DNA from: Tubiluchus corallicola
Lineage: Eukaryota > Animalia > Priapulida
NCBI GenBank assembly: GCA_030141605.1
Contig: JAQGDQ010000195.1
Location: 1-64,000, forward strand
DNA: 64,000 bases
Direction of reading: 5' to 3'
Below the pieces are notes generated by a model. That model had not been told where the DNA came from, made no database searches, and worked only from the letters and a program-made list of their open reading frames with translations. The translations under genes were made by a program, and so were the position numbers. Below, one piece after another: positions 1 to 16,300 of the stretch. The number at the start of each line of letters is the position of its first letter. Within the stretch, counting starts at the first letter, position 1.

Positions 1-823
1 TGATTGATTGCGAATGGCTATAGTGTCGCTTTCTTTGATTTGGTAACCAGTAAACATTACTTCAATACATTAATTTTGCATACAGATCCTTGTTCTTAGT
101 TGTGTTCACGCATATACATGTACGGTCTCCTCTTTGTTTCTTGTTGCCATGCGTCCCCATACAAACGCTGGTCCTCATTATGGGAAAAATAGAGTTGCAA
201 GTGAATGAATGAGAATCATCATTTATAAACGAGGCTACACTTCCTGACACAGCGATGGAAAGGGTAAGCAGTACAAAAGAAATATCACATATAGCCCTAC
301 GCATAGAAACAAGGGCGATGGTGACAACGACAAAACAAACGTCATCACCGGCATAACTGGCGCGAAGTTTCAACAGTTAAACTCAGCATATGTGTCTCAG
401 GCAAATTCTTTTGAAAAAAATTTTGAAATTACTACATCGCTTGAAAAATTTTGACCAAAACAGGATATTTTGATTTAAAACCTGGAAGGATTTAAATTCA
501 TCTAGTTATTAATGAAAGGAATGGCTATTTGCCATTTCGGTCATTGGCTGTGTTTTTCATTGCCTAACCAGGTCCAGCGTTGTTTAACTACGGCAGCCAA
601 ACACAATTTTAGATATTTAAGCTGTAAAGAAAACATTGACACTGATCACTGTAATGAGTTAAAAGCCTTAAGAAAGCGTACTCCTGCTTCCTCGACCAAA
701 TATGCTAATTTATTAAAGTAACATGCTATTAATAATAATAGAGGCCACATTGAAAATGAGTGTTACTTTAATGTTAACTGGTGGGCTATGGACAAAAGAA
801 GATTGATGATGATGATAGTGATG

Positions 824-836
824 ATGATGATGATAG

Positions 837-879
<43 letters not shown>

Positions 880-881
880 AG

Positions 882-969
<88 letters not shown>

Positions 970-995
970 AATAGTTGTTGTTGTTGTTGTTGTTG
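824..995. repeat. Compound microsatellite (GAT)n then (GTT)n
   Basis: Directly visible; explains the poly-D/M/H ORFs at 713-1189. Confidence 0.97.
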
Positions 996-1084
996 CTGAT
1001 GTCGTTATTATTATTGTTATAATTTTTTTTATTACACGGTTTAAATATCAGTTTAAACAATTTTTTCTGTTATTATTTTTTCAG

Positions 1085-1325
1085 AGGCAAGCCACTGATT
1101 CGGTTAGGACGTCGAGTTCCAGTTGTCCGGATAGGTCGAGTGCCGGTTGTTCGTCTCGGACGAGTTCCAACAGTCCGACTTGGACGTGAGTTAGAGGAGG
1201 AAGACGTCAAGGAGATGCTGAAGGAAAACATGTTGGCTCTGCTCGCAGACTCTCTTGATGACGGTATCCAAGAAAGGGGACCACCAACGCCAAGACTTGG
1301 TCGAGAGTTTGAAACGGAAAGCTAA
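1085..1325 (+). CDS. Terminal coding exon of an amidated neuropeptide precursor (xxxRL/RI-amide and PRL-amide peptides; myomodulin/PRXamide-like)
   Basis: Pyrimidine tract plus CAG acceptor ending 1084. Frame reads GKPLIRLGRR-VPVVRIGR-VPVVRLGR-VPTVRLGR, an acidic spacer, then ERGPPTPRLGR-EFETES*. Repeated Gly-Arg amidation/cleavage sites; AATAAA near 1419. Upstream exons with the signal peptide were not identified. Confidence 0.8.
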
Positions 1326-1641
1326 TCAATCATTGGACTTCACTGATTTTTTTTGTAGCTGTTTCTGTGCTCATTCACTTACTTTACTGCAATGTGCTGG
1401 CAAGTGAAAAAAATACAAAATAAAAACTTAGTGTTAGGAAGATTGGAGGCTTGTGTTTGATCTTAAGATAATATATTATCCCTTCCTATGACGTCACCTA
1501 AACATGCGAAATAAACGTATTAATAAAACTTATAGAACTAACATTTGCAGAACAATTTTCGTAAATAAATACTGAAACTTTTGCTGTCTAAAGTTTGCGT
1601 TTGACTTTCTAACACCATCTTAAAGGAAAAGCCGAACTTAA

Positions 1642-2301
1642 AGCACAAGAAAAGTGGTACCCGAAGAAGGTTTCAGAAAAATCGCCTTGAAAATTATATT
1701 ACTTTGTAGCAATTTCATGCGTATATCGCGCTCGCGTTGGGTTGGATTTTTTGTTTATTTTCATTTTAAACTTCCTGCAATACTGTTCCGACGGCGCCAT
1801 TACATGACGTCACTTACGCAAACATAAATCAGGGAAAGAAGAAAAGTACAGGTTAAATTATGTCCCAAAAAAACTTTCTATGCAAAATTATACTAACCTG
1901 CTAGAAAGACTTATATAACTAGAAAAGAAAATTATTAATTATTTAAATATTTTCATTAATTGGTAAAATGTCGCTGACTCGCCCTCCAGGGTGCAACACT
2001 CACTAACCAAAAACGTATTTTTAATCTTATTATACAGTAATTTTAAATTTTACTTAGTTAGTGACGTGTATGCTACGAATGCTCTATTTTTTGTTAAACA
2101 TTACTCAGTGTTATCTAAACTTTAAATGACTTATCGTCAAAATGGCTGCATCTAACAGTCATCGCAGAAGTTTAAATTTACAAGTTTCATACAGCGTTAT
2201 TACCGACGCAAGTCCAATACGCAAAAAGGCAGTATTTAAGTGGTATAAAATTTGAAGACGAATGTTTTAAGCGTCTTGCAAGTTGGGTGTTTTCTTGTGC
2301 T
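1642..2301. mobile_element. Non-autonomous DNA transposon with TTAA target duplication (Kolobok-like termini)
   Basis: TTAA at 1638-1641 and 2302-2305 flank 12-bp inverted termini AGCACAAGAAAA / TTTTCTTGTGCT. An inverted partial copy lies at about 4995-5160. Confidence 0.7.
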
Positions 2302-2305
2302 TTAA

Positions 2306-2785
2306 GAAAATTTATTTCATTGATCGCGAAAATTATTAGTAATAGAACTGCGATAAATCTTTCGTGTAATTAGTTTAATCACTTTAAAGTCACTATCATT
2401 TGACACTTAGGCGCTCCCATTCTGGACATTGATTCATCCACCACTGACGTAGTTCACAGACTGAAGAAAAACAGCGCTGCTGTCAATTTCAGCCGAAGGT
2501 AAAAAAGCTTTCACAAAAAATTAGATAATTAATTTTGTGATGTTTTTGTTTGCAAGAACATTAGGTAAGCTACAGAAGTTTGAATTAGCTCAAGCAGTGC
2601 GGACACGAAAAGTCACAACATCCACCAGTTACGTCATTATTTTTAGATGAATGGCGGCTGTCAGAGCACTTGAAAAGTTCTATACAGCTATAGTATAAAT
2701 TAACTTTATGCTTTGTAGACATCTACTGCAAATTTCTTCGTAATGATTTTCTAAATTCAAGTGATAACAGTAAAATAAACCCGAT
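2306..2785 (+). mobile_element. Dispersed repeat family starting ttaaAGGAAA; this copy is split by the 1642-2301 element
   Basis: Collinear with about 5308-5810 (for example ccacca.tgacgt.gttca..gctgaagaaaa and ccaccagttacgtca). Its own 5' end, ttaaaggaaaag, is left at about 1620. An inverted copy ends at about 16829. Confidence 0.6.
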
Positions 2786-3875
2786 ATGCAAAGTGACCTG
2801 TCCTTTCTGCGAACAAGTAAAATTAGAGAACAAAACCAAAATCAGCAAATACATATTAAATACACGTGACAAATACACGTGACACATATTTTGTCACGTG
2901 AACACTGCACATAATAATATATGGAAGTTGTTTTCCACATTGGTAGACTCGAGATGCTCATATTTTCCAATGCTGTTTTAGCGTTGTTTGTTTTAAAATA
3001 TAAACTACGTTATATTGCCATTGTGCGACCTGCCTTCCTCAAGACGGCAAATAATTAATCACAAAAATAATCACAGTGCATAGAGTTTTTAAACTTTTGT
3101 TGTTTTTTTAATTATAGTACTTTTTCATTTAGACAACACGTAATCTTTCAAAAAACACCCACGCATGAAATTAAACGGATCAGTTGAAGCTCTGCTTTTA
3201 GTCCGCTCTTTAAGGCTAAATTTTGATGAAATGGGAACTGAGTGTTGCCAACTTTCAGGAGTGGTCTATAGGCATTTCAACAGCGTTCTTTTTAGGTTCT
3301 TACAAAATTTTGCATTTCGGTCAGCTGTCCCGGGACACTAAAAGGTCAAGAAATAGTCCTACACTTTGGAGGCTTGTCCAAAGAGTACTTGGAACATACA
3401 AACTAGCCAAATTACATCATCAGTACCCCACAAGTCATTTCGCGGATTCAACAGTCTGGTCTAAGAGGGCCAAAATGTGGAATTTTAGAGTAGTGTCCAA
3501 AAATGCTATAAGAATGGCCTACGGAATCATTCCTGAAAGTTTAGCAGTTGTATCCAGTCAGTTCCTATTCAGCTAACAGACGGAATTATTTGATGGAAAC
3601 TCCAAGCACCAGCACAATAATTATTCTACTGTTTTTCTATCCCGGTCTCTCTTTATCTTCTTATTAGTTATAAGGAGGGAAAGTGTAACCCTGATTTTTA
3701 GAGTTCAACATGAAACCGGCATGCGGTTTTACTGAAAAAGTTAAGTTAGTATAGCTTAATTTTGGGCTTAAACTTTAACTTTAAAGGAAGGAACAAGTCA
3801 CTGAGTATGTTAGTATTATTTTATTGTTAGCATTTAAACTTAGAAAAATGTAACAAAGAAATTTGCAAAGGCCTA

Positions 3876-4648
3876 ATGAAACGTAGTGAAGTACCTTTAC
3901 TTCTTTACCGTGAATGTAGAATTATGCAATTAGATGATTTAATCAAATTGAATATTGCAGTATTCATGTATAAATGCAATAATAGACTATTTCCTAAGTT
4001 TTTTGCAATTCCTGTCAAATTGACATGTAAGAGACATAATACAAGATTTAATCAATACATTGTGCCTTTCTGTAGAACCAACATAGCCAAACATTTTATA
4101 ATATATCAAGGACCAAAAGTCTGGAATGAAATTTGTCAATCCGCAAAAAATAGCAGATCTATTACTAGATTTAAAAAAATGCTAAAAAATCAAATTTTAA
4201 GTAAGTATCAGTGAGCAATTAAAATTTCTCTCTGTATCCATCCTCACAGTAGTTGCAAAACAGTGGTGTTAGTTTAATCAAGTTATTTTAATTTTACATA
4301 CTATTAAAAAATTATAGTCTTTCTATCTTTTATATCATTCCATATATGAGTTTCATTCATTACATCATTCCATTTTAAGCACTAACGTTTTTTTATCACG
4401 ATTCACTTTAAATTTTCAGATTATCTCCATTACTTTTTTTCTCTATCACTGTGTGGGACAATCTAACAAGCCCTGCTTTTTGATTGCCCACAACACATTT
4501 ACCTTCGTTTATAAGTGAATAGTGCTTGAGGCTTTTTCTGTGCAGTATTTTTTATTTGTATTATATCCATTGTAGGCCCTTTCACTAGATATTGTATATG
4601 TAACCTGTAAATGTGTAATGTGAAATAAATGACTTATGACTTATGACT
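3876..4648 (+). mobile_element. 5'-truncated LINE: ORF2 C-terminus, 3' UTR and tandem tail
   Basis: ORF 3876-4214 has the typical post-RT tail (FMYK...HNTR...RTN...YQGPKVWN...FKK.LK). AATAAA is followed by (TGACTTA)n at about 4630-4648. Confidence 0.75.
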
Positions 4649-5307
4649 AAAGAACTACCGATAGAGTGATAAATTTAATATATACTATTTCCGAATAGAA
4701 ATTTTCAGATGGCGGTGGTTGTCGCCTTTCACTTGAAAATCTCGACGTTGCTAGGTGACTTCATGATCTTCTGTAAGCGCACTGCACAATGCACGTAAAG
4801 TGACTTTGCAATCATACGGCACACCCGTTTCTATATTTCAGTCAGTATCTTGCGTTTGCTTTAACATTCTAGAAAGTCATATTATAGATTGGAATGTTTG
4901 TTAAGTAAATAGACGTCACTGAAACACCCCAAAACACACCAGAACGCCAAAATTCATCAACCAACATTTTATGGTAGCTCAGCAACACAAGGCATTAAAG
5001 CACAAGGAAAACCCATTTCATAAATAAAGTGGAAAAATTCGTCTTCAAATTTCATATCTTACATGCTGTCTCATTGCATACAAGGCTTGCGTTAGCTAAC
5101 CCTGTATACAACCTGTAAATTTAAACTCCTGCGATGACCGTTAGGCGCATACATTTGGACGTAAATCATTTTGGACAATGTGTAAAGTTTGCATTAGTAG
5201 CACACTCTTTGCTAACTAAGCAAAAGTATAGATTACTTTATTCTTGTCAATAAGATCAATAATGTGTTTTTTGTGTATCAATGATTCACACTGGGCTGGC
5301 GATGCAA

Positions 5308-5810
5308 TTAAAGGAAAGGTCAAGCCTTCTGGGAAGTTTGGCTTATTGTAATGTTTGCGAAAAAATTTAGATGGATTTAGTAATAAAAGTTGTGATAAGC
5401 GTCTCGTATAATTACTAAAATCACTCTAAAGTCGCCACAATTTCACGCTTGGGCGCGTCCATTTTGGACTCCCATTTTTCCACCAATGACGTCGTTCATC
5501 AGCTGAAGAAAAACAGCTTATTGTTACTTTGCGTCAGAAGTCTAACATGTTTTCACAAAAAAGATAGATAGCTAATTTTGCGATATATTTCGATGACTAT
5601 TAGGTAGGCCGCAGAAGTTCGAATTACTTTAAGCAGCGCACGCTTACGGAAAGCCACGATAAGTTAACGAAAAATCACGAATTCCACCAGTTACGTCACA
5701 AATTTCAAGTGAATGGCGGCTACCCCCGCACCTCAACATTTCTATTCGACTGTAGCATAAAATAACTTTATGCTTTATAGACAGTTTAAGTGATAACAGT
5801 AAAATAAACC
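5308..5810 (+). mobile_element. Second copy of the ttaaAGGAAA repeat family
   Basis: Similar to 2306-2785 and to the inverted copy near 16450-16829. Confidence 0.55.
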
Positions 5811-5967
5811 CAACCCGTTAACCAGCTTGTTCTTCTCTATAAATTATTTTAAGAGTTCCTTTTCAATTACGCAAGTCTTTCAAACAGGTAAGCGTTCTGG
5901 TAAGTATTGTCACTTTGTGTGGAGACTTTTGAGATATACTTTAAAATTCCCCTTTCTCACCTTTTAA

Positions 5968-6423
5968 CCCTTTCATACCCGTTGTATCCCGTAGGATACG
6001 AGAATATTGTCTGCCTTTAAAATTAATAAAATTTTAAAACTGACAGTTATTTGATCTGTTAATAGTTATTTTGATTTAAGCCAATAACAATTGACTAAAA
6101 AGGTGATAAAATGGCAAACTAGAAAATCTACATAGCATAAAAAACTGCACAAGGTACAGTACTTTAGAGACGACTTTGTACAGATCAGCATAGCATGCAT
6201 ACTAAATGTCTTAAATACTTAAAAAAATTATCAACAGTTGCAAAATGAAGCACATTTTATGCTTCCATTGAATCCCAATGTATCCCGTGGGATACAGGTT
6301 ATATTTAGCACTCGGGCACAGGTAGAAAAAATAACTATTATGTGTAAACAAGATGGACGTACTGAACAAAAGTACCAAGCCAAAATTTTTTTCTTATTAA
6401 AAAATAATTTGGGACTGAAAGGG
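5968..6423. mobile_element. piggyBac-type MITE
   Basis: TTAA at 5964-5967 and 6424-6427 flank CCCTTTCAtaCCC ... GGGacTGAAAGGG. The internal near-palindrome tgtatcccgt(a/g)ggatac occurs twice. Confidence 0.75.
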
Positions 6424-7203
6424 TTAACTTTGTTATCAGTTTTTGCTGCACAAAAGTGTATTTATTTAATCATAATACAATAAAGCTGCATTAGAATGAT
6501 AAGTATTAGAATGATAGATTAAATAAACAAAACGCACGGACTAATAAAGTTGTATACAAACATTTTCTGGTAACTCACTAACGCAAGGCTTTAACATTGT
6601 TAATAAATTCTCCTGCCTGATGTCTGTCGACCAGCTGACAGAAGTGAACTTGATTATTCAAATCCCAATTGTTTAAAAGCGCATTTTCTCTTAATCATTA
6701 AAAGTAAATAGTTAGCAGAATTTAGCAGCTATATATTGCTAACCCTATTCATTAACACCATCAGTTACAGACACTCTGAGTAATTATCTTACCTACAGTT
6801 TCTATGCGCATTCAGATGCTATAACGAAAGACTGTTTGAATAATTCAGTACGCGCATGAGCTGTAAGGTAAGGTATATTAATAGGATTACTTATTTATCA
6901 GCGTTTAGTTGCTGATTTTAGTCAGTGTGCTATTTCAAAATCAGAAGTGTGACGTGAATCTTGTTGTCTAGTGATTTTTTGCATTGGCAAGATGAGTGTA
7001 GTTTAAATTTGTGTATAAGAGCAAACTCGACGCTTGAATGCGAAATTCAGCGGACACAATTAAATTTCGTTTTTTCTGTTAAAGTGTCCTTAAAGTTTTT
7101 TTCAAAATGTGGGGACGTGTTTTCATAACTAGATTTAAAGCATGGCTGAATTTAAAATAATAAAAATAACTACAAAAAGCGTTAAAAATGCATGGCTAAA
7201 GCG

Positions 7204-7610
7204 CTCTCTCTCTCACACTCACTCACTCACTCACTCTATCTCTCTCTCTCTCCTTTCTTATCTCTCTGTCTCTCTCTCTGTCTCTCTCTCTCGCTCTCTC
7301 TCTCTCTTTCCCTCTCTCTCTCTTTCTCTTTCCCTCCCTTTCTCTCTTTCTCTTCCTCTTTCTTTCCTTCTTTGAGGGAAAACAATGTATTCATTGTTTA
7401 ATAAAAAGACTAATAATAATAGTAATTTCTTTCTTCTCTCTCTCTCCCTTTCCCCCCTCTCTCTCCTATGTGTCTCTTTTTCTGTTTCTCTTTTTTCTGT
7501 CTTTTTTCCATTTTTCTCATTCCTTCTTAATTTCTTTCAACTTACTTTCTCTTTCTCCCACTCTCAAATTACTTTCTGTCACACTCGATCACTCTTTTCT
7601 TCCTAAATTT
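7204..7610. repeat. CT-rich low-complexity / (CT)n tract
   Basis: Directly visible; explains the SL-rich ORFs. Confidence 0.9.
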
Positions 7611-9010
7611 TTTTTTATTATTCTTCAGATTTTTATTCTTCTCACTTGTTCACTTGTTTCACTTTTGCGGATCTTTCGTCAAGTTTTTTTTAGTTATTTT
7701 TTCTGTCGACTTTGCCTCTGTATATAAACATCAAGTTACATTGCTTGTCTCCACCATTCTCTAATGATACCGGAAATATTCATTTCTTCTTCTTCTTTTA
7801 GACATTTTAAAATTAAATAAATTCTGGATTACTGGATTACTACTGCAAATCAGATTCACTATTGGGGAAATTATTGCTGCATACAACATATCTAAAGAAC
7901 AACTAAAAAAAAACTTATACTATTTATAAATTCCTTATAAATAAAGCTTAGAATGTCGTCTTGAAATGTTATATCACTTACATGTTGTCTTTTTGCACAC
8001 AGAGTTTGCGTCAGTAGCTTCGCTGTATAAAATTTGTAAATCTAACGTTCCGCCAGGATCGTTAAGCGCAGCCATTTTAACGGTAATTCCTACCATAAGC
8101 TAGCTTCTTAGGTCTCTAGCGCAGAATTCACGAATTGTATCATATTTTTATATAACAAAAACTGATTATCGATGCACATGTAATGCATATCTATATGTTT
8201 ATTGCGAAATAGATCTATTAAATCTAAAAAAAATCTAAAAATATGAAACAAGTTTAGATGACATGCGTAAAATTTTAAATTATAATCAGAGCATTCGTCG
8301 AACACCCTTCACTAACTGAGCAAAAGTATAAATTATTGTATATTGTCAGTAAGACCAATGACATATATTTTGGTGAATCAATGGTGCACACTGGGATAGC
8401 GACGCAGTGCCGTTTTACCAGGTGGCATGAATACTTTAAATTATTGGTATTAAGGATTTTCTTTTCCAATGGCATTAGTCTTTCAAACAGACAAGCGTAA
8501 TGCCAAGTATTGAAACTATGTATGGAAAGTTATTTGGGGTAGGGAAATACTTTAAAATTTTGTTTAATTTCCCCTTAAATAGTCACTATAAATTAAGGAC
8601 TCTACCCTCTTAACTTCCCATTTCTGAATACCTTACATATATAATAGGAATTTTAGCACCTGTGTTTCATAGGGGTCTCAGCATATCAAAGCCCATAGAT
8701 CCTTTAACAAGTCGTTTTTATGATCAAATATTGACCCTATGTCAAATATCAAGTATAAACGAGCATTTGACAGGAATATCAAGCCGAAATCATGTAAGAA
8801 AGCATGTCCCGTCACTTTAGTTCAACAAACGTCTGAGAAAAGAGGAAATTTAATCATGTGTCTTTTCGTGTGCTTATGGACCTAGGAGATGTCGAGTGCT
8901 TGGCGTGCTTCTGTATAATATCCTATTTTGGTGAGGGCTATACATTATTGTGAACTCCAAACTAACGTGGTAATAAAGGCTTGAACAACGTGTAGACGGT
9001 TTTATGAACA

Positions 9011-10504
9011 ATGTGGACACACAGTTTTAGGCGCCATAGTGCTTTGATAACAACATTTGGGCTTCAAACTTTACTTGCTCTGTCAATGATGTTGCATTTC
9101 TACGGCGAGCCGGTTGTTAGAAACCCTTGTGTTGAGCCCGAATCGAGGGCTTTGGCTCGTCGTGATAATGCCCTTCTTTCCTTAAACGAATCTCTGGATC
9201 AAGAACATTTCATAACTGCGGGGAAATTACGCGATGCCCAGTGGTCACTGTTGAATGGTACTAACACCGCGACCTACTCCGCCTTTTACGACAATCGTTT
9301 AGCATCTCCAATCGTTCGCGTTATTGGTGTAACGCCACGCAAAGGAAAGGAACCTCCTATTTTTTGTCATTTACTGTACGGGGATGCAAATATTAGGACC
9401 ACTAAGGCATCTGTGCAAATCCTGCCAGAAAACCACAGAACGCATTATTCTGCAGCATACATAAACTGCGACATATCTGACAAGGCTGTGTCGGTAGCTG
9501 TAGGTCTCAGTGTTTCCAATAAAATTGGACCATCTGAGGACTGGATTAAGATTGTTTCAAATAAAATTAGTGATGAAGACCGACAGACATTTGGACTTTG
9601 CTTGCCTGTGCTTTTTGAAGGAGATGTACCACTAAACCCAGTGCAGCTAATAGAATTCTTCGAGATGATTAAGATGTTTGGTGTGGATCATGTCACTGCA
9701 TACATAGGAACAATGAGTGATGATACAAAGAAAGTTATTAACTCCTATGTAGAAAAGGGCTTTCTTACAACTCTGGACTTTGCATTGCGGTCTAGTACAG
9801 TTCGCAGAGGTCTTAATGCTTCTGATGGTAAAAAGTGGGACGTGTGGTATGGCGGACAACTGGCTTGTATTAATGATTGCTTATACAGATATATGTATAG
9901 ATTTAAGTACATAGCTTTCCAAGACTTGGATGAATTCATTTTACCAAAACTGCACGCAAACTGGACGGAGATGCTTCATTACATTCAGTCACAGAGCGGC
10001 AACATGGATGAAAACCTTGTTGGAAAAAACACAACGCTCGATGCTCGTAAAAATCAGAGGAATCTCAGAAGCGCTCAAAATGCGGCAGGATTTTCGTTTA
10101 GAAATAACTTCGTCTATTACGATAATAAAAGTGTCCACGAATCATGTGAGAACATAACCCAAGAACTTGCTCTTCTTAAAACCAATTTCACCACATCGGG
10201 TCGTTATTGGATAAGAAGGTGGAGATCTAAGATGATTGTGAGACCAGAACGAATAGTAATAATGGGAATTCACCAAACGCACAAGTTACTTGGTGGAAAA
10301 TATTTCGAATATGATGTACCAGTTAACATTGGAATATTGCATCATTTGAGGGAAGGCGCTTTGAGAAATGCAACGTTACGAATGCAAATCCCGTTCACAG
10401 AACGTGAGATTCTCAACCCATCGACTCCAGAATACTCCACCTCTTGGAAATCACAGCTGGTAAAGACTTCACAAAATTCTTATAGAAGAGTCTTTTGCAA
10501 ATAA
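9011..10504 (+). CDS. Glycosyltransferase family 92 (DUF23; GALT-1-like) type II membrane protein, 497 aa, single coding exon
   Basis: N-terminal hydrophobic anchor; YSAFYD, LIEFFEM..MFGVDHV, GQLACINDCLYRY, FQDLDEFILP (DxD), RSKMIVRPE and GIH motifs; AATAAA about 20 nt after the stop. Confidence 0.88.
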   Translation: MWTHSFRRHSALITTFGLQTLLALSMMLHFYGEPVVRNPCVEPESRALARRDNALLSLNESLDQEHFITAGKLRDAQWSLLNGTNTATYSAFYDNRLASPIVRVIGVTPRKGKEPPIFCHLLYGDANIRTTKASVQILPENHRTHYSAAYINCDISDKAVSVAVGLSVSNKIGPSEDWIKIVSNKISDEDRQTFGLCLPVLFEGDVPLNPVQLIEFFEMIKMFGVDHVTAYIGTMSDDTKKVINSYVEKGFLTTLDFALRSSTVRRGLNASDGKKWDVWYGGQLACINDCLYRYMYRFKYIAFQDLDEFILPKLHANWTEMLHYIQSQSGNMDENLVGKNTTLDARKNQRNLRSAQNAAGFSFRNNFVYYDNKSVHESCENITQELALLKTNFTTSGRYWIRRWRSKMIVRPERIVIMGIHQTHKLLGGKYFEYDVPVNIGILHHLREGALRNATLRMQIPFTEREILNPSTPEYSTSWKSQLVKTSQNSYRRVFCK

Positions 10505-13426
10505 AGTACTGCTTGTTTTAGTGCAATAAAAACATTAATTAATTAATTGTAAGAAACAGGGATTGCATGTGCCTTCATTGTGAGTTTGCTGAAGCAGATT
10601 TTGTCCAATGAAATGGTACTGATGAATCCTAATTCTTACTTTTTAAACGTTCTCTGCAAACCATACTGGAGTTAGATTTTAGCGGGACTTCATTTTAGTC
10701 AAGTGAAATAAAATTACTGTGCAATAATAAACGTTTAAATTCGTTATAATAACAAATTTAGCCTAACTGAGTTTTTATCATTTGGAGCAATGCCGCATGG
10801 GCTCTTATTATGTCAAAATGCCATGGTTCTATGATGCTAAAATCCCGAGAAACAACTAGACATTTTGTGCAGTATCTGCTAATAAGGCTTTGCACAGTTT
10901 CGTTGTGCGCACGCGCACTTGCTGTTCGTCAAAGGTTAAGTGTACCACAGCAACGCGTGTTAACTACAACCGTCACGTGGCATGTGTATAAAGCAAAGCC
11001 GTCTGCTGTATCGGTCCAGTAACTTCAGTTGTTTTACATGGACTTTACTTAATTATATATTTGTCTGTGTGTAGAGTGATTTACTAGCAGGATCTTGCCT
11101 AGAGAACAAGAAAAAATGAACTAGGAAAGGTTCTACCTAGCAGTTAAGACCGTTAATATTACAACACAATGAGCTGTGAGACGTTGTCAAGTGTACACAA
11201 ATGCGTTGTCTGGTACACTTAACCTTTGACCTTTTCACGACCAACATCAATCGTTGAAACAGTGGAAAGGCTTATTATTGCTATTATCTCAAGGCAAGTT
11301 CCAGCATCTGAAGCACATACTGCATTTTACCTTTGTTTTCATAACTTAATGCACAATATCTTTGAAGAGCAACGGCTGCTCAACAGATACTGCATTTTGC
11401 CATTGCGTGAGCACTTATATTAAGAATAAGATATTACAGATACTGTCTAACATAAACAGTGGCTTAGATTGATCGTTCCATCGCCATAGTTGACATCAGT
11501 TAAACACCAATACTAACTGTGTGTGAGTGTGTCTGTTCAGACAAACATGGAGTCCACCAGAGTGAAGTAATTTTGGAATTATTTTTAATTCTTTATCTGA
11601 ACATCATAAAGAATTACGACCAACAAACAAACATGTTATTCCATAAGAATCAGAGATTTTATTAAAAAACATGTTCTCGTTAAACTTTTTCCTATTTTGC
11701 TCTACATGTGCAGAAGAAAACCTTGTCGAACGTGGTTTCTGTTTCAATAGCAACGCAAAATTTTCCAATATAATTTCGTTACTTTTTTAAATTGTGTGTT
11801 AAATATCTAATTTGAAATACAAATCAAGTAAATTAAACATTTAAATTTAAGGAAATCAAGGTTAAACTTACTTAGTGCAATTATTTGTTGGGTGCACTTC
11901 TCTGATTATACACAAAAACAAATCTAACTAATTAAATAAATTAAAAAGGCAAATATAAATATAATAATTGTACAATGTAATTAAAAGTAATGCAAACGCA
12001 TTAATGTTGCACTACGTTTGTTTTTTTAGTTCCTGCTCTACCACTAGGCAAACTAGACAATTGCCTACGGCGCCAATTTTTGGGGGGTGTCAAATTCTGG
12101 AAGTAATACCTTAATTTTTAAATTCAGCATAAGTAATGATATAATTTATGTGCAATTGCTTTTTAACTACACAACATTGTACTTTACGTTATTTCCTGTC
12201 AAAATGTATGACTCATCGAAGCTAACAAGTGTCTTCCCTCAACAAAACACTTAGTACTTTTACTTTATCTGGTTTATTAAGATTACGTCAATTCACTCTG
12301 ACACTACCAACATGCTTTAACCCGCAGTTTGTACAGTACGCATAGAACAGCAGAGCTACATAATGACCTTTCCACTAAAAATAAAGTTTCTTACAATAGC
12401 ATTTAAATAATTATGGCACCTAAACCTATAAGAATCGAGGTTTCCAGAAGTGGAATACAGGAAACGAAAGGTAAGAAAGCTGACGAGTGGCAACACTGAA
12501 CAATAAAAAGAATCTCTAATTTACGCATTCCGTGTCAATTCACCCAGTGATCTACACCCGAGTATTAAAAATGGTTCAGTTGCCCTTTAAACCCAATATT
12601 TAGGATTTTAAGTTCTGCGGGTTGGTTTGTAGCATATAATTTTTTTGAGCGATATGAAGCCGTCTGATCAACTTGTGAATGAAGCCGTCTGATCAACCTG
12701 ACATTTCAAAAATTCATATCTCGATACCTGCTGGACCAAAATTCATGGGAGAGGTGTTGTTTTAATCAGAAAAATGCCCAGAATCCAAATCCAAGCTCAA
12801 CCTATCTGATGATTTTCAGTTGACGACCTTTTGACCCAAATTTGACCTTGACCTTGACCCCTGGATAAAAAATCCTTGACTCCAAAGTTAGTGCGGATGA
12901 AAAGCCAACTTGTTAGCCACAACATATCAAAAAATCAAAGATTGGTTCTTCTTTGTCAAAGATTAAAATCACACCCTCAGATAATAAGACACAATTTAAG
13001 ACATAAGAAGCGTATTTCTTAAATTTATTCAAAGTACTTGCAACCAGACCAGAGTTATGACTAGGGAGATGGACTAAGGTGGAATGAATGCGTACGTGAA
13101 AAAAAGGTTTAGAATTTTAAAGACTTCTGATGAAAAAAAGCTGTTGGAAAATCTAGCCAAATGTAAGAGAAATTGCAGAAATTTTGCATACTTCTGAAGA
13201 CCCAGGACGTACAGTGTTCAATTTCAAATTTCAACCAACAGACGCTGTATATAGGTAGTAAAATACATTTAATTAGTACATTATACTAATTAGTGCATTA
13301 GTTCATATATAAGCCTAACACACGTGTACCGTTATACTTTATTATAATATTATACAACAAAAATTCAATTTGAATACAAATTCAAATTCAATAATAATAA
13401 TAACAATGTTGGTTATTGTTGCTATT

Positions 13427-16300
<2,874 letters not shown>

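Noticed and set aside
62-304. Minus-strand 80-aa ORF with a hydrophobic start and several Cys (possible secreted peptide)
   Set aside because: No recognisable family or supporting signals; could be chance.
713-1189. Poly-His/Asp/Met ORFs
   Set aside because: Translations of the (GAT)n microsatellite.
7142-7727. Ser/Leu/Phe-rich membrane-like ORFs
   Set aside because: CT-rich low-complexity DNA.
10970-11030. E-box, TATA and initiator-like cluster as the MCT promoter
   Set aside because: Short motifs 6 kb from the ATG cannot be assigned without transcript data.
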